DNA of 64,000 bases, taken from assembly GCA_951406725.2 (NCBI GenBank), contig OX597816.1, positions 27,342,001 through 27,406,000 of the forward strand. The letters are read 5' to 3'. The position numbers and the translations under genes are program-made. This stretch comes from Octopus vulgaris (Eukaryota). Below, piece by piece: positions 1 through 12,314 of this stretch (positions are counted from its first letter, which is position 1; every line of letters begins with the position of its first letter). The notes beneath the pieces are model-generated. The model did not search any database, was not told where the DNA came from, and saw nothing but the letters and a program-made list of their open reading frames with translations.

Positions 1-730
1 TCATTCGTAATTTAATTTATTTTCGCATGTGCTTCGCCGTAGCCCATCAACAAATAGTTTCCACTCTATTTGTATCTAAATCATAGACCAGAGATTTTTA
101 GATGCTTTCACAACCTGAGAACATCACCATTTAATGAGGTTTCCGTTCAGAATGCTGTAATATCATTTGATAAAAGAACACGGTATAATGAATTCACATA
201 ACAAGGCTGTAACTTCAAATACCTTTACTCGAGGCCTGAAACATATACAATTGAACAATAAAGGGAAGCGTTTGATGAATGGAGGCCATGTTCATCTTCT
301 GTTTACTACCTCAGATCTGCTATCTGGCGTGTGTTGTAAGAGATCGAACTAGATCATGTCTTTGCTCTCCGACGCCTAAATGCCAAAAGAGGAAGTCGCA
401 AGACCTCGTGTGAGAATCTCTCCGCTGCATGCGCTATCTAGCGTGAGCCTGTCTAAACCCGCTGTCAAGGGAGGTAACTGCGCCTACAAAGGCCTACCCC
501 ACAGACCAGAAGCGGTCGATTAAGAGTAAGGCAGGCGAAGTACGTGTGCGCTAGGAAGGCACAGAAGAATGAAACATGGCAAAACAGTTGTATGAACAAT
601 GCAAAGTACAAATTTGGAGGAAGCATGCAGAAAAATGTTTGTTCTTGTAGAAAAAAATGTGTGATACACAGAATCCGAACTATGGCAGAACAATTGAAAA
701 ATACAATACAAGTATGTACAAGAAAAAAAG

Positions 731-1110
731 AGGGATGGCTTCAGGCCATCTGGAGAAGCGGTCGATGCAGGTCAATATACAAATCCGCAACTGACCGGCC
801 AAGGACCAACCAGGTCGATGTGAATATGATGGAACCTGGTGTCCGGTGGCTGGAAGTGCCCAAGAGGTGCTCTCACGTGAAGATGCACCTTGGAACGCTG
901 ATATGGTAGACAGGCACGTGACCAAGCAGTAATAGACCGTTGCATATTCGGTCAGGAAAAGTAGGCTGAGATAAGCTTTACTGTGGCTGCAATGCCGGGT
1001 TGCGACAGTGAATGCAGTGCTTCGAAAACAGCACGACGGTGATGTTCAGGAACGAGGGGTCGTAGTGACCCGGTAGAAACATCACAGAGAATAGTTTCTT
1101 CGCAAAAAAA
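731..1110 (-). pseudogene. Gypsy/Ty3 LTR-retrotransposon integrase fragment (zinc-binding region plus start of the catalytic core)
   Basis: Minus-strand translation across frameshifts gives ..ILCDVSTG..RPLVPEHHRRAVFEALHSLS.PGI..T..; ..QRSKVHLHVRAPLGHF..RFHHIHIDLVGP..LTCIDRFSRWPEAIPL. These are typical Gypsy integrase motifs. Confidence 0.85.
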
Positions 1111-1158
1111 GCAGAGGCAGTAACTATAAATTTATTATTATTTTGCAAAATAATTCCA

Positions 1159-1196
<38 letters not shown>

Positions 1197-1204
1197 TATG
1201 GGAT

Positions 1205-1623
1205 TTACTCTCTTACTCTTTTACTCTTTTACTTGTTTCAGTCATTTGACTGCGGCCATGCTGGAGCATCGGTTTTTTATCGAGCAACTCGACCCCGGGA
1301 CTTATTCTTTGTAAGCCCAGTACTTATTCTATCGGTCGCTTTGCCGAACCGCTAAGTGACGGGGACATAAGCACACCAGCATCGGTTGTCAAGCGATGTT
1401 GGGGGGGGGGGGGAACAAACACACATATACAAACTCACACACACACACACACATATATATATATACGACAGGCTTCTGTCAGTTTCCCTCTACCAAATCC
1501 ACTCACAAGGCTTTGGTCGGCCCGAGGCTATAGAAGAAGACACTTGCCCAAGGTGCCACGCAGTGGGATTGAACCCGGAACCATGTGGTTGGTAAACAAG
1601 CTACTCACCACGCAACCACTCCT
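1205..1623 (-). mobile_element. tRNA-derived SINE family A (CORE-like box, internal TA/TG microsatellite, AAAAGAGT tail)
   Basis: Matches more than 20 other copies in the window. Head GAGTGGCTGTGTGGTAAG..GGTTC(A)GTCCC, then TTGGGCAAGTGTCTT; tail GGTGCTCCAGCATGGCCGCAGTCAAATGACTGAAACAAGTAAAAGAGT. Confidence 0.9.
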
Positions 1624-1895
1624 GGATAAGAATATATGCCTTGAGAAGTCTTTTGTTTGGACTAGCTCCTTTTTTGTATAGTAATTAACTTCCAGTGCAA
1701 ATGTTCAATCCTATACATTGATAATTGAAATCGATATGACTCTGACCTTACTGAAATTAACCTTTTCTTGATAAAAGCTAAGAGTACTAAATTATTTAGA
1801 GAACTGAATTCTCTCAAAATACAAGCACAATTGAAGAATCAGCTCATGAACATGTAGTAGCCTTCCATAGATACACATGCATAACACACACACGA

Positions 1896-2830
1896 ACATA
1901 CATACATACCTATTTGCCTGTCCCAAAAGTCATTGATGGGTTTCAATTTTTAATAACTTCCTTAACTTTACAATTAAATGCATGAAATTTTGATACAATA
2001 TAAAGAACATAATGGAAATTAATATGCACAAGTCAAATTTTGCAACACCACCACATCACATGCGAAAAATGACATCGCTTAAACGGCAGCCATTTTCGAC
2101 TTCACAAGCCCGTACTCTTTCCAAACCTTGCACCATAACACGCTCAAGAGTTTCAGACCCCACTTCTCTGATTTATCTACTGATGTTCTCCTTCAGTTGC
2201 ACAAGGGACTCCGGATTGTTGACGTAAACCCTCTCTTTCAGATATCCCCACAAGAAAAATCCGGGCTAGTCAAGTCTGAGAAACGTGAAGGCCAGTTCAT
2301 ATTACTGTAGTGGCAGATTATTCTCTCTCCAAAGCACTGCCGTAGTAACTTCATTGTTTTTGTTGCGGTATGAGCAGTTGCTCCATCTTGCTGGAACCAT
2401 ATATGAGGTCTACTTTGAATGGCCTTCACGTTCCCCAGACTTGACTAACCCGGATTTTTTCTTGTGGGGGATACCTGAAAGAGAGGATCTACGTCAACAA
2501 ACCGGAGACCCTGGTGAAACTGAAAGGGAACATTAATAGATAAATCAGCGAAGTGGTGTCTGAAACTCTTCAGGGTGTTATGGTGCAAGGTTTGGAAAGA
2601 GCACGGGTGTGCGAATCCGAAAATGGCTGCCGTTTACGTGATGTCATTTTTCATATATGATGTAGTGGTGTTGCACAATTTGACTTGTGCATATTAATTT
2701 CCATTATGTCCTTTATATTGTATCAAAATTTCATGCGTTTATTTGTAACGATAAGGAAGTTATTAAAAATTGAAACCATCAGTGACTTTTTGGATACCCT
2801 GTATTCAAGCAAATAGGTATGTATGTATGA
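1896..2830. mobile_element. Fold-back element built from two inverted 3' ends of a Tc1/mariner-superfamily transposon
   Basis: ~1920-2297 is the reverse complement of ~2420-2800. The arms encode WFQQDGATAHTA..WPSRSPDLT.PDFFLWG, and the right end is GGATACCCTG-TA. Confidence 0.85.
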
Positions 2831-2946
2831 AATATTGTCCTAAGTATGCAGTTCTGTCTATATGAGCTAAGATTGGTTGGTTTGACCTATTTAAATAGCG
2901 ACTTAGAGGAAAAATACTCATAATACAAGCTGAAAGTTATGCATAA

Positions 2947-3540
2947 GCGCAGGCGTGACTGTGATAACAAGTTTGCTTCCCAACCACATGGTTCCGGGTT
3001 CAGTCCCACTGTGCGGCACCTTGGGCAATTTTCTTCCACTATAGCCTCGGGTCGACCAATGACTTGTGAGTGGATTTGGTAGAAGGAAACTGAAGGAAGC
3101 CTTTCGTTATATATATATATATATATATATATGTGGCTGTGTGGTAAGTAGCTTGCTAACCAACCACATGGTTCCGGGTTCAGTCCCTCTGCGTGGCATC
3201 TTGGGCAAGTGTCTTCTGTTATAGCCCCGGGCCGACCAATACCTTGTGAGTGGATTTGGTAGACGGAAACTGAAAGAAGCCTGTCGTATATATGTATATA
3301 TATATATATATATATGTGCATGTATGTTTGTGTGTCTGTATTTGTCCCCCTAGCATTGCTTGACAACCGATGCTGGTGTGTTTACGTCCCCGTCACTTAG
3401 CGGTTCGGCAAAAGAGACCGATAGAATAAGTACTGGGCTTACAAAGAATAAGTCCCGGGGTCGATTTGCTCGACTAAAGGCGGTGCTCCAGCATGGCCGC
3501 AGTCAAATGACTGAAACAAGTAAAAAAGAATAAAAGAGTA
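2947..3540 (+). mobile_element. Two tandem SINE family A copies (5' half 2947-3108, near-complete copy 3132-3540)
   Basis: The head-to-microsatellite half is followed, inside its (TA)n, by a second copy with a full tail. Confidence 0.9.
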
Positions 3541-3554
3541 TATATATAATAATA

Positions 3555-4002
3555 ATAATATTAGGGAGTAGATCCAAACTTACAGGGAAAAATTATATTT
3601 AGGATTAAATCCAATTTCACAGTATAAATATAAATTAAATTAGTGATAAAACCACTATTAGGCAAATCAAACAATGAAAAAACATAAACCAAACATAAAA
3701 ATAAACATAACTAATATAATATACAAAATATATAAAATATAAAATTTAAAATTTAAGTTATTTAAATTAAAAATTTTTGATTTATATTTATAAATTTTTA
3801 TATTTTTTAAATAATTTTTAAATTTTAAATTAATAAATTTTCAAATTTTTAAATTAAAATTTTTTTTTAATAAATATATATAACTATCAAAAATTATGAA
3901 AAAATTTTATATAAGATAATAAGTAAAACCACTATGTTTATTTTTATGTTTAGGTTTATGTTTTTCATTGTTTGATTTGCCTAATAGTGGTTTTATCTCT
4001 AA

Positions 4003-4008
<6 letters not shown>
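3555..4008. repeat. AT-rich fold-back element flanked by (TA)n; same family as 29068-29210
   Basis: GATAAAACCACTATTAGGCAAATCAAACAATGAAAAA (~3644-3681) is inverted at ~3961-3997. 3556-3690 matches 29068-29210 in reverse orientation. Confidence 0.75.
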
Positions 4009-4067
<59 letters not shown>

Positions 4068-4078
4068 TATATTGTATG

Positions 4079-4116
<38 letters not shown>

Positions 4117-4180
4117 CATACACACACACATTTCCATTATTTACATTTGATGGATATTTATCCTCATCTTGTTTGTTGTT

Positions 4181-4226
4181 AACACAACGTTTCGGCTGAT
4201 ATACACTCCAGCCTTCATCAAGTGTC
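4181..4226 (-). ncRNA. Minimal hammerhead ribozyme motif (C3U variant)
   Basis: GACAC-UUGAUGA-A-GGCUG..CAGCC-GAAAC-GUU-GUGUU; stems I and II pair. Confidence 0.7.
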
Positions 4227-4299
4227 TTTGGGGTTCTCATTCCTAAGGTGTTTTTTCGATGTTGTTGTTGTTGTTGTTGTTGTTGTTCTTCTTCTTCTT

Positions 4300-4390
<91 letters not shown>

Positions 4391-4492
4391 TCACGACCTG
4401 GAATCGAACTCGGAATCTTGGGGTCAGTAGCCTGCACTCTTAACACCAAGATTCCGAGTTCTATTCCAGGCAGTGACCTGAATAATAATAAT

Positions 4493-5046
4493 GTCCTGAT
4501 GCAGTACCAGACAGTGGCTCTCGTGGCTTGTTATCTTAACTGATTGGGAGTGTTATCATGTACATTGTTTTGTCTTGGTATAAAAGAAGGGCTACAGCAA
4601 ATATTCTGCGCAATACCACAGATTTGCTTGTCAGTTGTTTGACCTTAACCAGTTGAGCATGTCCCTTAGTAGCTGACGATATGTGCATATCTGATCACGA
4701 GCAGAAGTAGTTGGGGAGCATCATAGCCATGTGTTGAGAGGGATTCTTTGGGGTTTGAATAATTCACCTCTGGAAACATGAGTGTTTCGTTCAACATCTT
4801 TAAACAACCCTTATTTAGGGACTTTTGAGTGGGATAGGTTACTCCACCAGAAGAAAATTCTATCTGGGCCCCACCTGCAAGGTCATGCGCTGTTTATCTT
4901 GATATGAGATCACCATGTCACTCACATATCATTGTGATGCATGTGCCTGGTGTACCCTTATCAGACGGGTAGTCATGATGGGTATACTAGGCTTCGTATA
5001 TTTTACCCTAGTGTCACTTTCATGGCATGCACTGCTCTCTCACTCA
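4493..5046. mobile_element. ~550-bp non-coding insert within the (AAT)n tract, probably an interspersed repeat
   Basis: Complex sequence bounded by AATAAT on both sides that breaks the symmetry of the surrounding palindrome. Only one copy in this window. Confidence 0.55.
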
Positions 5047-5115
5047 ATAATGATGATGATGATGATGATGATGACGACGACGAGGATGATGATGATGATG
5101 ATGATGACGACGACG

Positions 5116-5203
<88 letters not shown>

Positions 5204-5240
5204 CAACATCGAAAAATACCTTAGGAATGAGAACCCCCAA

Positions 5241-5286
5241 GACACCTGATGACGGCTGAATGGTATATCAGCCGAAACGTTGTGTT
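5241..5286 (+). ncRNA. Minimal type I hammerhead ribozyme motif (Penelope type)
   Basis: GACAC-CUGAUGA-C-GGCUGA/UCAGCC-GAAAC-GUU-GUGUU: intact core, 5-bp stem I, 6-bp stem II, palindromic ACGU in place of stem III. Confidence 0.8.
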
Positions 5287-5425
5287 AACAACAACCAAGA
5301 GGAGGACAAATATCCGTCAAGTGTAAATAATGTAAATAATGTAAATAGTGTACATAATTCCTCATCTCTTAAATATAGAACTGTATTATATATATATCTA
5401 TATCTATATATATACATATATATAC

Positions 5426-5489
<64 letters not shown>

Positions 5490-5656
5490 GTATTTACGTA
5501 TGTATGTATGAATGTATGTATGTATGTATGTATGTATGTATGTATGTATGTATGTATGTATGCATGCATGTATGTGTGCATGCATGTATGTATGTATGTA
5601 TGTATGTATGTATGTATGTATGTATGTATGTATGTGTGTGTATGTGCGCGCGCGCG

Positions 5657-5831
5657 TTTGTTTGTTTGTCCCCTAACACTGCTCGACAGCCAGAGCTGGT
5701 GTGCTTACGTCCCGGTAATTGAGTGGTTCGGTAAAAGGTGTCCGATAGAATATGTACCAAGCTTAGAACAAATAAGTCCTGAGGCGTCCCAGCACGACCG
5801 CAGTTTAATGACTGAAACAAGTAAAAGATAA
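5657..5831 (+). mobile_element. Degenerate 3' half of SINE family A
   Basis: CTGGTGTGCTTACGTCCC..CCGATAGAATA..GACTGAAACAAGTAAAAGA. Confidence 0.7.
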
Positions 5832-5844
5832 ATGACAAAAGATA

Positions 5845-6830
5845 GATACATACCAACAACAGTAACAAGAATAACAATCTCTCCTGGATGTGCAATAAAT
5901 ACAACTTATCTCGCCAAGAAGGCTACACATTTTCTATCCACGAACAGCAGTTATCTACTACATATATGATCGACAAGAGAGACCCGGATGCATCTAGACT
6001 TCCACGTTGTGACAGAAAATGTCGATTGTGGAAGATATTCTTAACATCTATTTCTTTACTACCCACAAGGAGCTAAACACAGAGAGGACAAACAAGGACA
6101 GACAAACAGATTAAGTCGATTACATCGACCCCAGTGCGTAACCGGTACTTATTTAATCGACCCTGAAAGGATGAAAGGCAAAGTCGACCTCGGCGGAATT
6201 TGAACTCAGAACGTAGCGGCAGACGAAATACCGCTAAGCATTTCGCCCGGCGTGCTAACGTTTCTACCAGCTTACCGCCTTTGTGGAAGATGTTCTTAAT
6301 AACATTAGTAGCTGTCCAAAAATAACCGCAAGATATTATTTTCATGAAATGTGACTTTGTTACTAAATCATGGTGTGATACCAAAGACACACCAGAACCA
6401 GATCGTATACACACATAAAATAAAGAACACTGGTGGAATGTTCCAATAAAAACAGAAACTCGGTGTAAATACAATAGATCAGATAGTTTTTACGGGGTAT
6501 AAAAATGATGCTCTGATGAAGCGATCAGCAGCTAGGCGGATGTTAAATGTCTCATCAAAAATTGGGAAAAAGGAGAACAACCGTAGATAAATATTGACGA
6601 ACCTACAGCTCCTATATCCTTGCTATAGATGTTCCTTTGTACCTATTATCATATTACCGGGCTATGTAACAACTGATTTGTATACAAGCGTGAAATGCTA
6701 GGGTTCTCCAAGAAAGAGCAAAGTTGACTGAATTACATTCTTCAAATATTATAGATTAGTATTACAACAAAAATTTGCAAAATAATCCTGGGATTCTCCA
6801 TTTGAGGTTCCTTGGTCGAACGCTTGACCA
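5845..6830 (+). pseudogene. R4/Dong-type non-LTR retrotransposon 3' remnant (CCHC finger and restriction-like endonuclease region), split by a SINE
   Basis: QEGYTFSIHEQQLSTTY..KCRL | EDVLNNISSCPK..KEHWWNVPIKT..NRSD..NLQLLYPCYRCSFVPIII; colinear with 51370-51930. Confidence 0.75.
6045..6280 (-). mobile_element. tRNA-derived SINE family B, full length
   Basis: GGCGG..AGCTGGCAGAAACGTTAGCACG..GAGTTCAAATTCC..GGTCGACTTTGCCTTTCATCC. 19-bp TSD TTGTGGAAGAT(A/G)TTCTTAA at 6026-6044 and 6281-6299. Confidence 0.92.
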
Positions 6831-7428
6831 AATATAAACACATACACACACATGCACACACTAATAAATTCAAGCATCCACATGCTGTTGACTTAAACTT
6901 TGTTAGTGACCAGATTGAATTCTGCAAAGGAAAAACTTAAATAAAGCCTCCGCAAAATAATTCTTACACACATGGAACACGTCTAATGCAATGACATTCA
7001 TACACGAAACCACGTGTACCTGAGCACATTCATATGTATGTGCATACAGATGTACATGCATACAAATATACATAAACTAATACAGTTATACATATATACA
7101 GCTTGAAATAAATAAAAGAACCATGCCACTCTGAAGTCACCAGCTTGAATTCTGCAAAGAGAGAAAACTTAAATCCCCAAGTAAAAACACACATGTATGA
7201 TTGCCCAGATGATGTTTAAATCTCAATGGAAGGCAGGAAACATTTTCTTTCTCCATCGGTGAGGGATTCAAAAAATAAAAGCAGAAAAATACACACGCAC
7301 ACACAACATGCTTACGTGCATGTAGGCAAACACAAATGCATTTATACATACATAAATACATAAATATATAAGCATACATACATAATGCGTTAGGACAACG
7401 CACACTTTACCCAGTTGGTGTCAATATA

Positions 7429-8680
7429 TCAGGTCATCCCATAAGTTCTGTCCGAATTTTGAATAAAGAAAACGAGTGATCAAATGTTATATTTAATTGA
7501 AATTTAATCATCAATGCACTTTCCCTGATTATCTATGGCGTCCTTCCATCTATTTCCAAGCTTTTTTATCCCATCAATGTAAAACTCTTGGTTTCAAAGC
7601 GACGAACTCTGAAATGTCAGTTTCGACCTTCACCCGGCTTGCGAAAATTATGCCCCCCCCCCCACCAAATGATTCTGTAACCTACGAAACAAATGGTAGT
7701 TTGAAAATGTAAGGTCGGGAGAATAAGGTGGATGATGAATTTTTTCCTAACCAAGCTCTTCGATCTTCTGTGATGTGATCTTTGCAGTATGGGGACGCGC
7801 ATCGTCCTGATGAAATGTCACTCCTTTTCGATTCAATAAAGAGGGTCTTTTTTTCTTCAAAGCTTGGTTCAAACATTCTACTTACTGACAGTAGACTTGA
7901 GCATTGATTGTTGCATTTGGTGGTAACAATTCAAAGAGAATTATTCCTTTGCAATCCCACCTGATAGAGAGAAGGACCATTTTCCCATGAAGTTCCCTTC
8001 TCAGTTGTGGTTGAGCTTTTTCCCTTTTACCTAGCCACTGTTTATGACATTTAACATTTCGATAGAAGATCCATTTTTCGTCACCAGTCACAAGTCTATC
8101 CAAAAAGGGTGAAATGAGTTCGCGAGAATGGAGAAAAGAGCAGATGTCAACTCGGGATTTGCCGTTGCTTTCGGACAATTCATGAGGCATCCATTTTCCA
8201 AGTTTAGGAACCTTTCCAAGATGATGAACAGCTGTATCGTTTGAATTAATCTTTATTGCCAATTCTTCACCTGATAATGCAGGATTTTCTTCAAGTAATG
8301 CCTTAAGGAGCTTATCATCAAACTCAACTGGACGTCCTGTTCGATCTTCATCTTCAAGGCTGAACTCTCCACTCCTGAATTTTGCAGACCATCTTCTGCA
8401 AGTTCTTTCATTCAAGCATTATTTCCCATAAACTGAGTGTACGTTTCGAGTCGCTTCGGCTGCAGAATTTCCGTTTTTTGTACTCATGAAACATGTTAGA
8501 AAGGGTTTTAATCAAAGAAATTTTAATTCTATTATTCTGTAAAATAATATTTAATTAGTTTAAATGTACACAAATGCATAAAAATAATTTTTAATTCCAT
8601 TAGACATTCTAAAATACTATTAAATTTCATTCAATTTAAAAAAAAAGGTAAAATCGGACAGAACTTATGGGATGACGTGA
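7429..8680 (-). mobile_element. Full-length defective mariner (DD34D) transposon
   Basis: TIRs TCAGGTCATCCCATAAGTTCTGTCCGA / TCGGACAGAACTTATGGGATGACGTGA, both flanked by TA. Transposase motifs GKWMPHEL, TGDEKW, HQDDARPH and YSPDL..YHLF, broken by stops and frameshifts. Confidence 0.95.
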
Positions 8681-9547
8681 TAGTAAAGTAAAAACAGAGG
8701 AGAAAGGAGGTACCTATGGATTAATCGTGAGTTTTGCCAAAATATACTAGCTGAAACAAAACAATAACTACACTAAAAAAATAAACAAACAATAAGTAGT
8801 GATGATCGATATCAGCAAATATCAATTAATAGATTACACAAAATAGAATCAGTTGCTCGTACGATGTGAAAAAAAGTAATTTATAACGATTCCAGTTGGT
8901 TCTTTTTTCATGGAGATTCTTCAGTTTTTCGAGTTTATGAACCAAACCGCCTGAATTCACATTATGGTTGATTCTTGGAGAAAAACATCGTTCAATAGCT
9001 CGTACGCAACAGATGATCCTCATACCTTGGATAATAAAACTGCACAGAGCCTGGTAAAGGTTGATTTTTAAGAGTAAATGTTGTACAAAGGAAAAAGATA
9101 AACGGTCTTTTGTCGTTTAGTTTAACACCTTACTTTTGGTTGATGGATGACCATCATAAACACTGAAAAATAGAAACAGAAATATGGAAGACGAATGGAT
9201 CTGCAAAGGAATAAACACAAAACACCTCAATCGTCTTTTAGTTTGTCTTTACATCAGCAACTGAGAGACGAGCGGCTAAGATAGACATTAAAAAAAAACA
9301 AACAAAAACGATGAGGAAGGGAACAAAATGATACATAATGCACATACAGATATATATATACCTGTAATTTGTTATTTGTCAAGGTATCGTTCAAAATGTA
9401 ATAAAACAGAATTCGTTGAACGCAGAATATTAACCACTAGACGACTTGGATCAAACTGTAATATGTTAGTTTTACAGATGTGTTGTTCTATTTGACCTCG
9501 GCTACATCTCTCTCGCTCTCGCTTTCTCTCTCACATATCACATACAT

Positions 9548-9850
9548 GGAGGCGCAATGGCCCAGTGGTTAGGGCAGCGGACTCGAGGTCGGAGGATCGC
9601 TGTTTCGATTCCCAGACCGGACGTTGTGTGTGTTTATTGAGCGAAAACATCTAAAAGCTCCACGAGGCTCCAGCAGGCGGTGGTGGTGACCCCTGTTGTA
9701 CTCTTTCGCCACAACTTTCTCTCAATCTCTCTTCCTGTTTCTTGAGTAACGCTGCGATGGACTGGTGTCCTGTCCAGCTGGTGGGGAACACATACGTCAA
9801 AGAAACCGGGAAACCGGGCCCATGAGCCTGGCTAGGCTTGAAAAGGGCGA
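9548..9850 (+). mobile_element. tRNA-derived SINE family C (tail type 1)
   Basis: A box TGGCCCAGTGG and B box TTTCGATTCC; body GCGATGGACTGGTGTCCTGTCCAG; the tail matches 44278-44456. Confidence 0.85.
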
Positions 9851-10276
9851 AGTTTATCGCTTTTTTTTTTATCACATACTTAGTTAAGTAAATATAAGTT
9901 AACGAATGGGTGCGATAACTCTAACTGTTAGAAATAACAGGCAAATTGCTCTTGAAATATTTGCTACCATCTTAAAATGGGAAGAACATATTTTAAACTG
10001 TAGTTCCAGATAGATTGAATAACATAGATAAGTCTGACCTGGGGGTAAACAACAAAACAACATCAACAACAGCAGCAGCAGCAGTAACAACAATAACAAC
10101 ATGAAAAGTGAAATTAAAACGACCCCTACTCATTGATGAGTCGGCAGAATACTACTGAACACATTGGCATAGCGTTTCGATAGATAGAGATCGATAAAAT
10201 AAACACCACACTGAAATGTCATACTTCAGAGTTCAATGACTCAAATGATTAAAAAATTTTTTTTTAATATCACACA

Positions 10277-10365
<89 letters not shown>

Positions 10366-10689
10366 CTACACATATGCACACGTTGAATCCTTCAGTTAAA
10401 AAAAAAAAATTTCTAGATAGTGTTGAAATCGAAAGATAATTATTTGAACTTACCTGATTTCTGAAGTTATCTATCTATATCTATATCTATATAAATAGAT
10501 AGATAGTTTTATCTATATATGTATATATGTGATGTATACAAAATTATTTTCTTGTATGTTCCAGAGATATAGGACTAAGAATACTCTATGTTGCTGAACA
10601 ATGAAACTGGTGTCTGTTACATTAGAAGAATTGTCCGAGATCAAGCTGAGACTGGTGTCGATATCATTTTTTTAGATCCGGCAAATAAT

Positions 10690-10743
<54 letters not shown>

Positions 10744-11104
10744 GCAATATTAATAATGATAGTCAGTCAGTAAGTCACAACCTAATTTGGTAGTGTGAAG
10801 TGTTTTCTATAAATAAATATGGCAACTCTGCAGTTTCGACCAGTATTTGTAATGTTAAAGTAAAACAGTTTGAAGCAAAGCTAAGTACTGTTGGTCTGTC
10901 ACAGTCAGACATCTTCAGTTCAATAAAGGTGACATAATATGATAGGATTTTTGTTAGAATAGTTTTGTGTGGGGGGTTTGTGCGATTGTGTGGTAGTGTG
11001 TGTGTGTGTCTAAGTGTGTTAATGTGTGTGTATGTGTATTACTGTGCGTGTGTCAGTATGTGTTTGTGTATCTCTGTTAGCAGGTATATGTTTTTTAGTG
11101 TGCG

Positions 11105-11160
<56 letters not shown>

Positions 11161-11479
11161 TGTATGTGTGTGTGTGTGTGTGTATGTGTGTGTGTGTGCG
11201 TGCGTACGTGCGTGTTGAAGAGAAGACAAAAGAGGATTGACCACTTTCAGGCAGAATTTTTCATTGGAGAGGATATGTGAAATATTTATTTCTACCTGTC
11301 CTTGTATTTATTCCACTCTGTGCAGGGTTTACTCTTCCTACTGATGATATCGCCCATGCAAACATTGGACCCTATCACCATCAGCTGGATCCCGTATGCC
11401 AATGAACTGATGTGGTGTTTGAGTTCATCAGAAACCTCAGCAGCTACCATAAGACAAATATCCTCCCTCCCAAATATTG

Positions 11480-12015
11480 ATTTCAAATTTTGGCAGAAGA
11501 CCAGTAATTTAGTGGGAGAGGGTAAGTCGATTACATCTACCCCAGTACTCAACTGGTACTTATTTTATCGACCCCGAAAAGATGAAAGGCAAAGTCGATC
11601 TCGGCAGGATCTTCCTCGTGAAATATCAGACCCGCTCCTTCATTAATGGGGGGATAGAAGCAGGAGGCGGGCTGGCAGAATCGTTAGCACGCTGCACAAA
11701 ATATTTTATCGATCCCGAAAGGATGAAAGGCAAAGTCGATCTCAGCAGGATCTCCCTAATGAAATATCAGACCCGCTCCTTCATTACTGGGGTGATAGAA
11801 GCAGGCAGCGGGCTGGCAGAATCGTTAGCACGCCGCACAAAATACTCATTAGCATTTTTTCCGGCTTTACGTACTGAGTTCAATGCCTCAGCCTAGGTTC
11901 ATTTTACTTTCATCCTTTCGGGGTCGATAAAATAAGTACCAATCGAGCACTGGGGTCGATGTAATCGATTTACCCTCTTCTAAAATCGTTGACTTGTGTC
12001 AAACTTAGAAATCAT
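11480..12015. mobile_element. Rearranged cluster of diverged SINE B pieces (inverted plus tandem duplication)
   Basis: 11563-11700 is repeated at 11703-11840. A minus-strand B body sits at 11480-11608 and a plus-strand B copy at ~11800-12015. Confidence 0.7.
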
Positions 12016-12068
12016 TAATGAAACGATCAGAGTTCGCATTCAAATAATTTTTATTTCTTCGCCAAGTA

Positions 12069-12178
12069 AGGCACAGGTGTGTCTATGTAGTAAGAAATTT
12101 GCTTCCCAACCACCTGGTTCCGAATTCAATCTCATTGCATGCAGCTTGGGAAAGTGTCTTGTACTATAGCTTCGGCTT
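12069..12178 (+). mobile_element. Degenerate 5' fragment of SINE family A
   Basis: TTGCTTCCCAACCACCTGGTTCCG..TTGGGAAAGTGTCTTGTACTATAGC. Confidence 0.65.
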
Positions 12179-12314
12179 GAAAGGCAGTTTTTTTCTAGCG
12201 GTGTCATATGAAATTGTCACTCATAATTATGACCCTAGAATCGATCTATTGCATTTCAATCTCTTTTAGGGTTAGGGTTAGCACTATCCCACTGGCTCTA
12301 GTAACACGGGAATG

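Larger units (their letters stand above)
4130..5385. mobile_element. Composite palindromic element: tRNA-like head, trinucleotide spacer and hammerhead-bearing tail, in two inverted copies
   Basis: 4130-4260 is the reverse complement of 5206-5337, and 4385-4421 of 4446-4482. (TTA/TTG)n on the left mirrors (AAT/AAC)n on the right. Confidence 0.8.

Noticed and set aside
6505-6710. CTGATGAAGC..GTGAAATGCTA as a split hammerhead
   Set aside because: It lies within the R4/Dong coding remnant and has no convincing stems.
9548-9620. SINE heads (also 27935-28009, 49640-49711, 57906-57980) as tRNA genes
   Set aside because: No closed acceptor stem or Pol III terminator, and they continue into SINE bodies.
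12266-12282. TTAGGG repeats as a telomere or telomere-healing site
   Set aside because: Under three units, internal, and probably part of a repeat.
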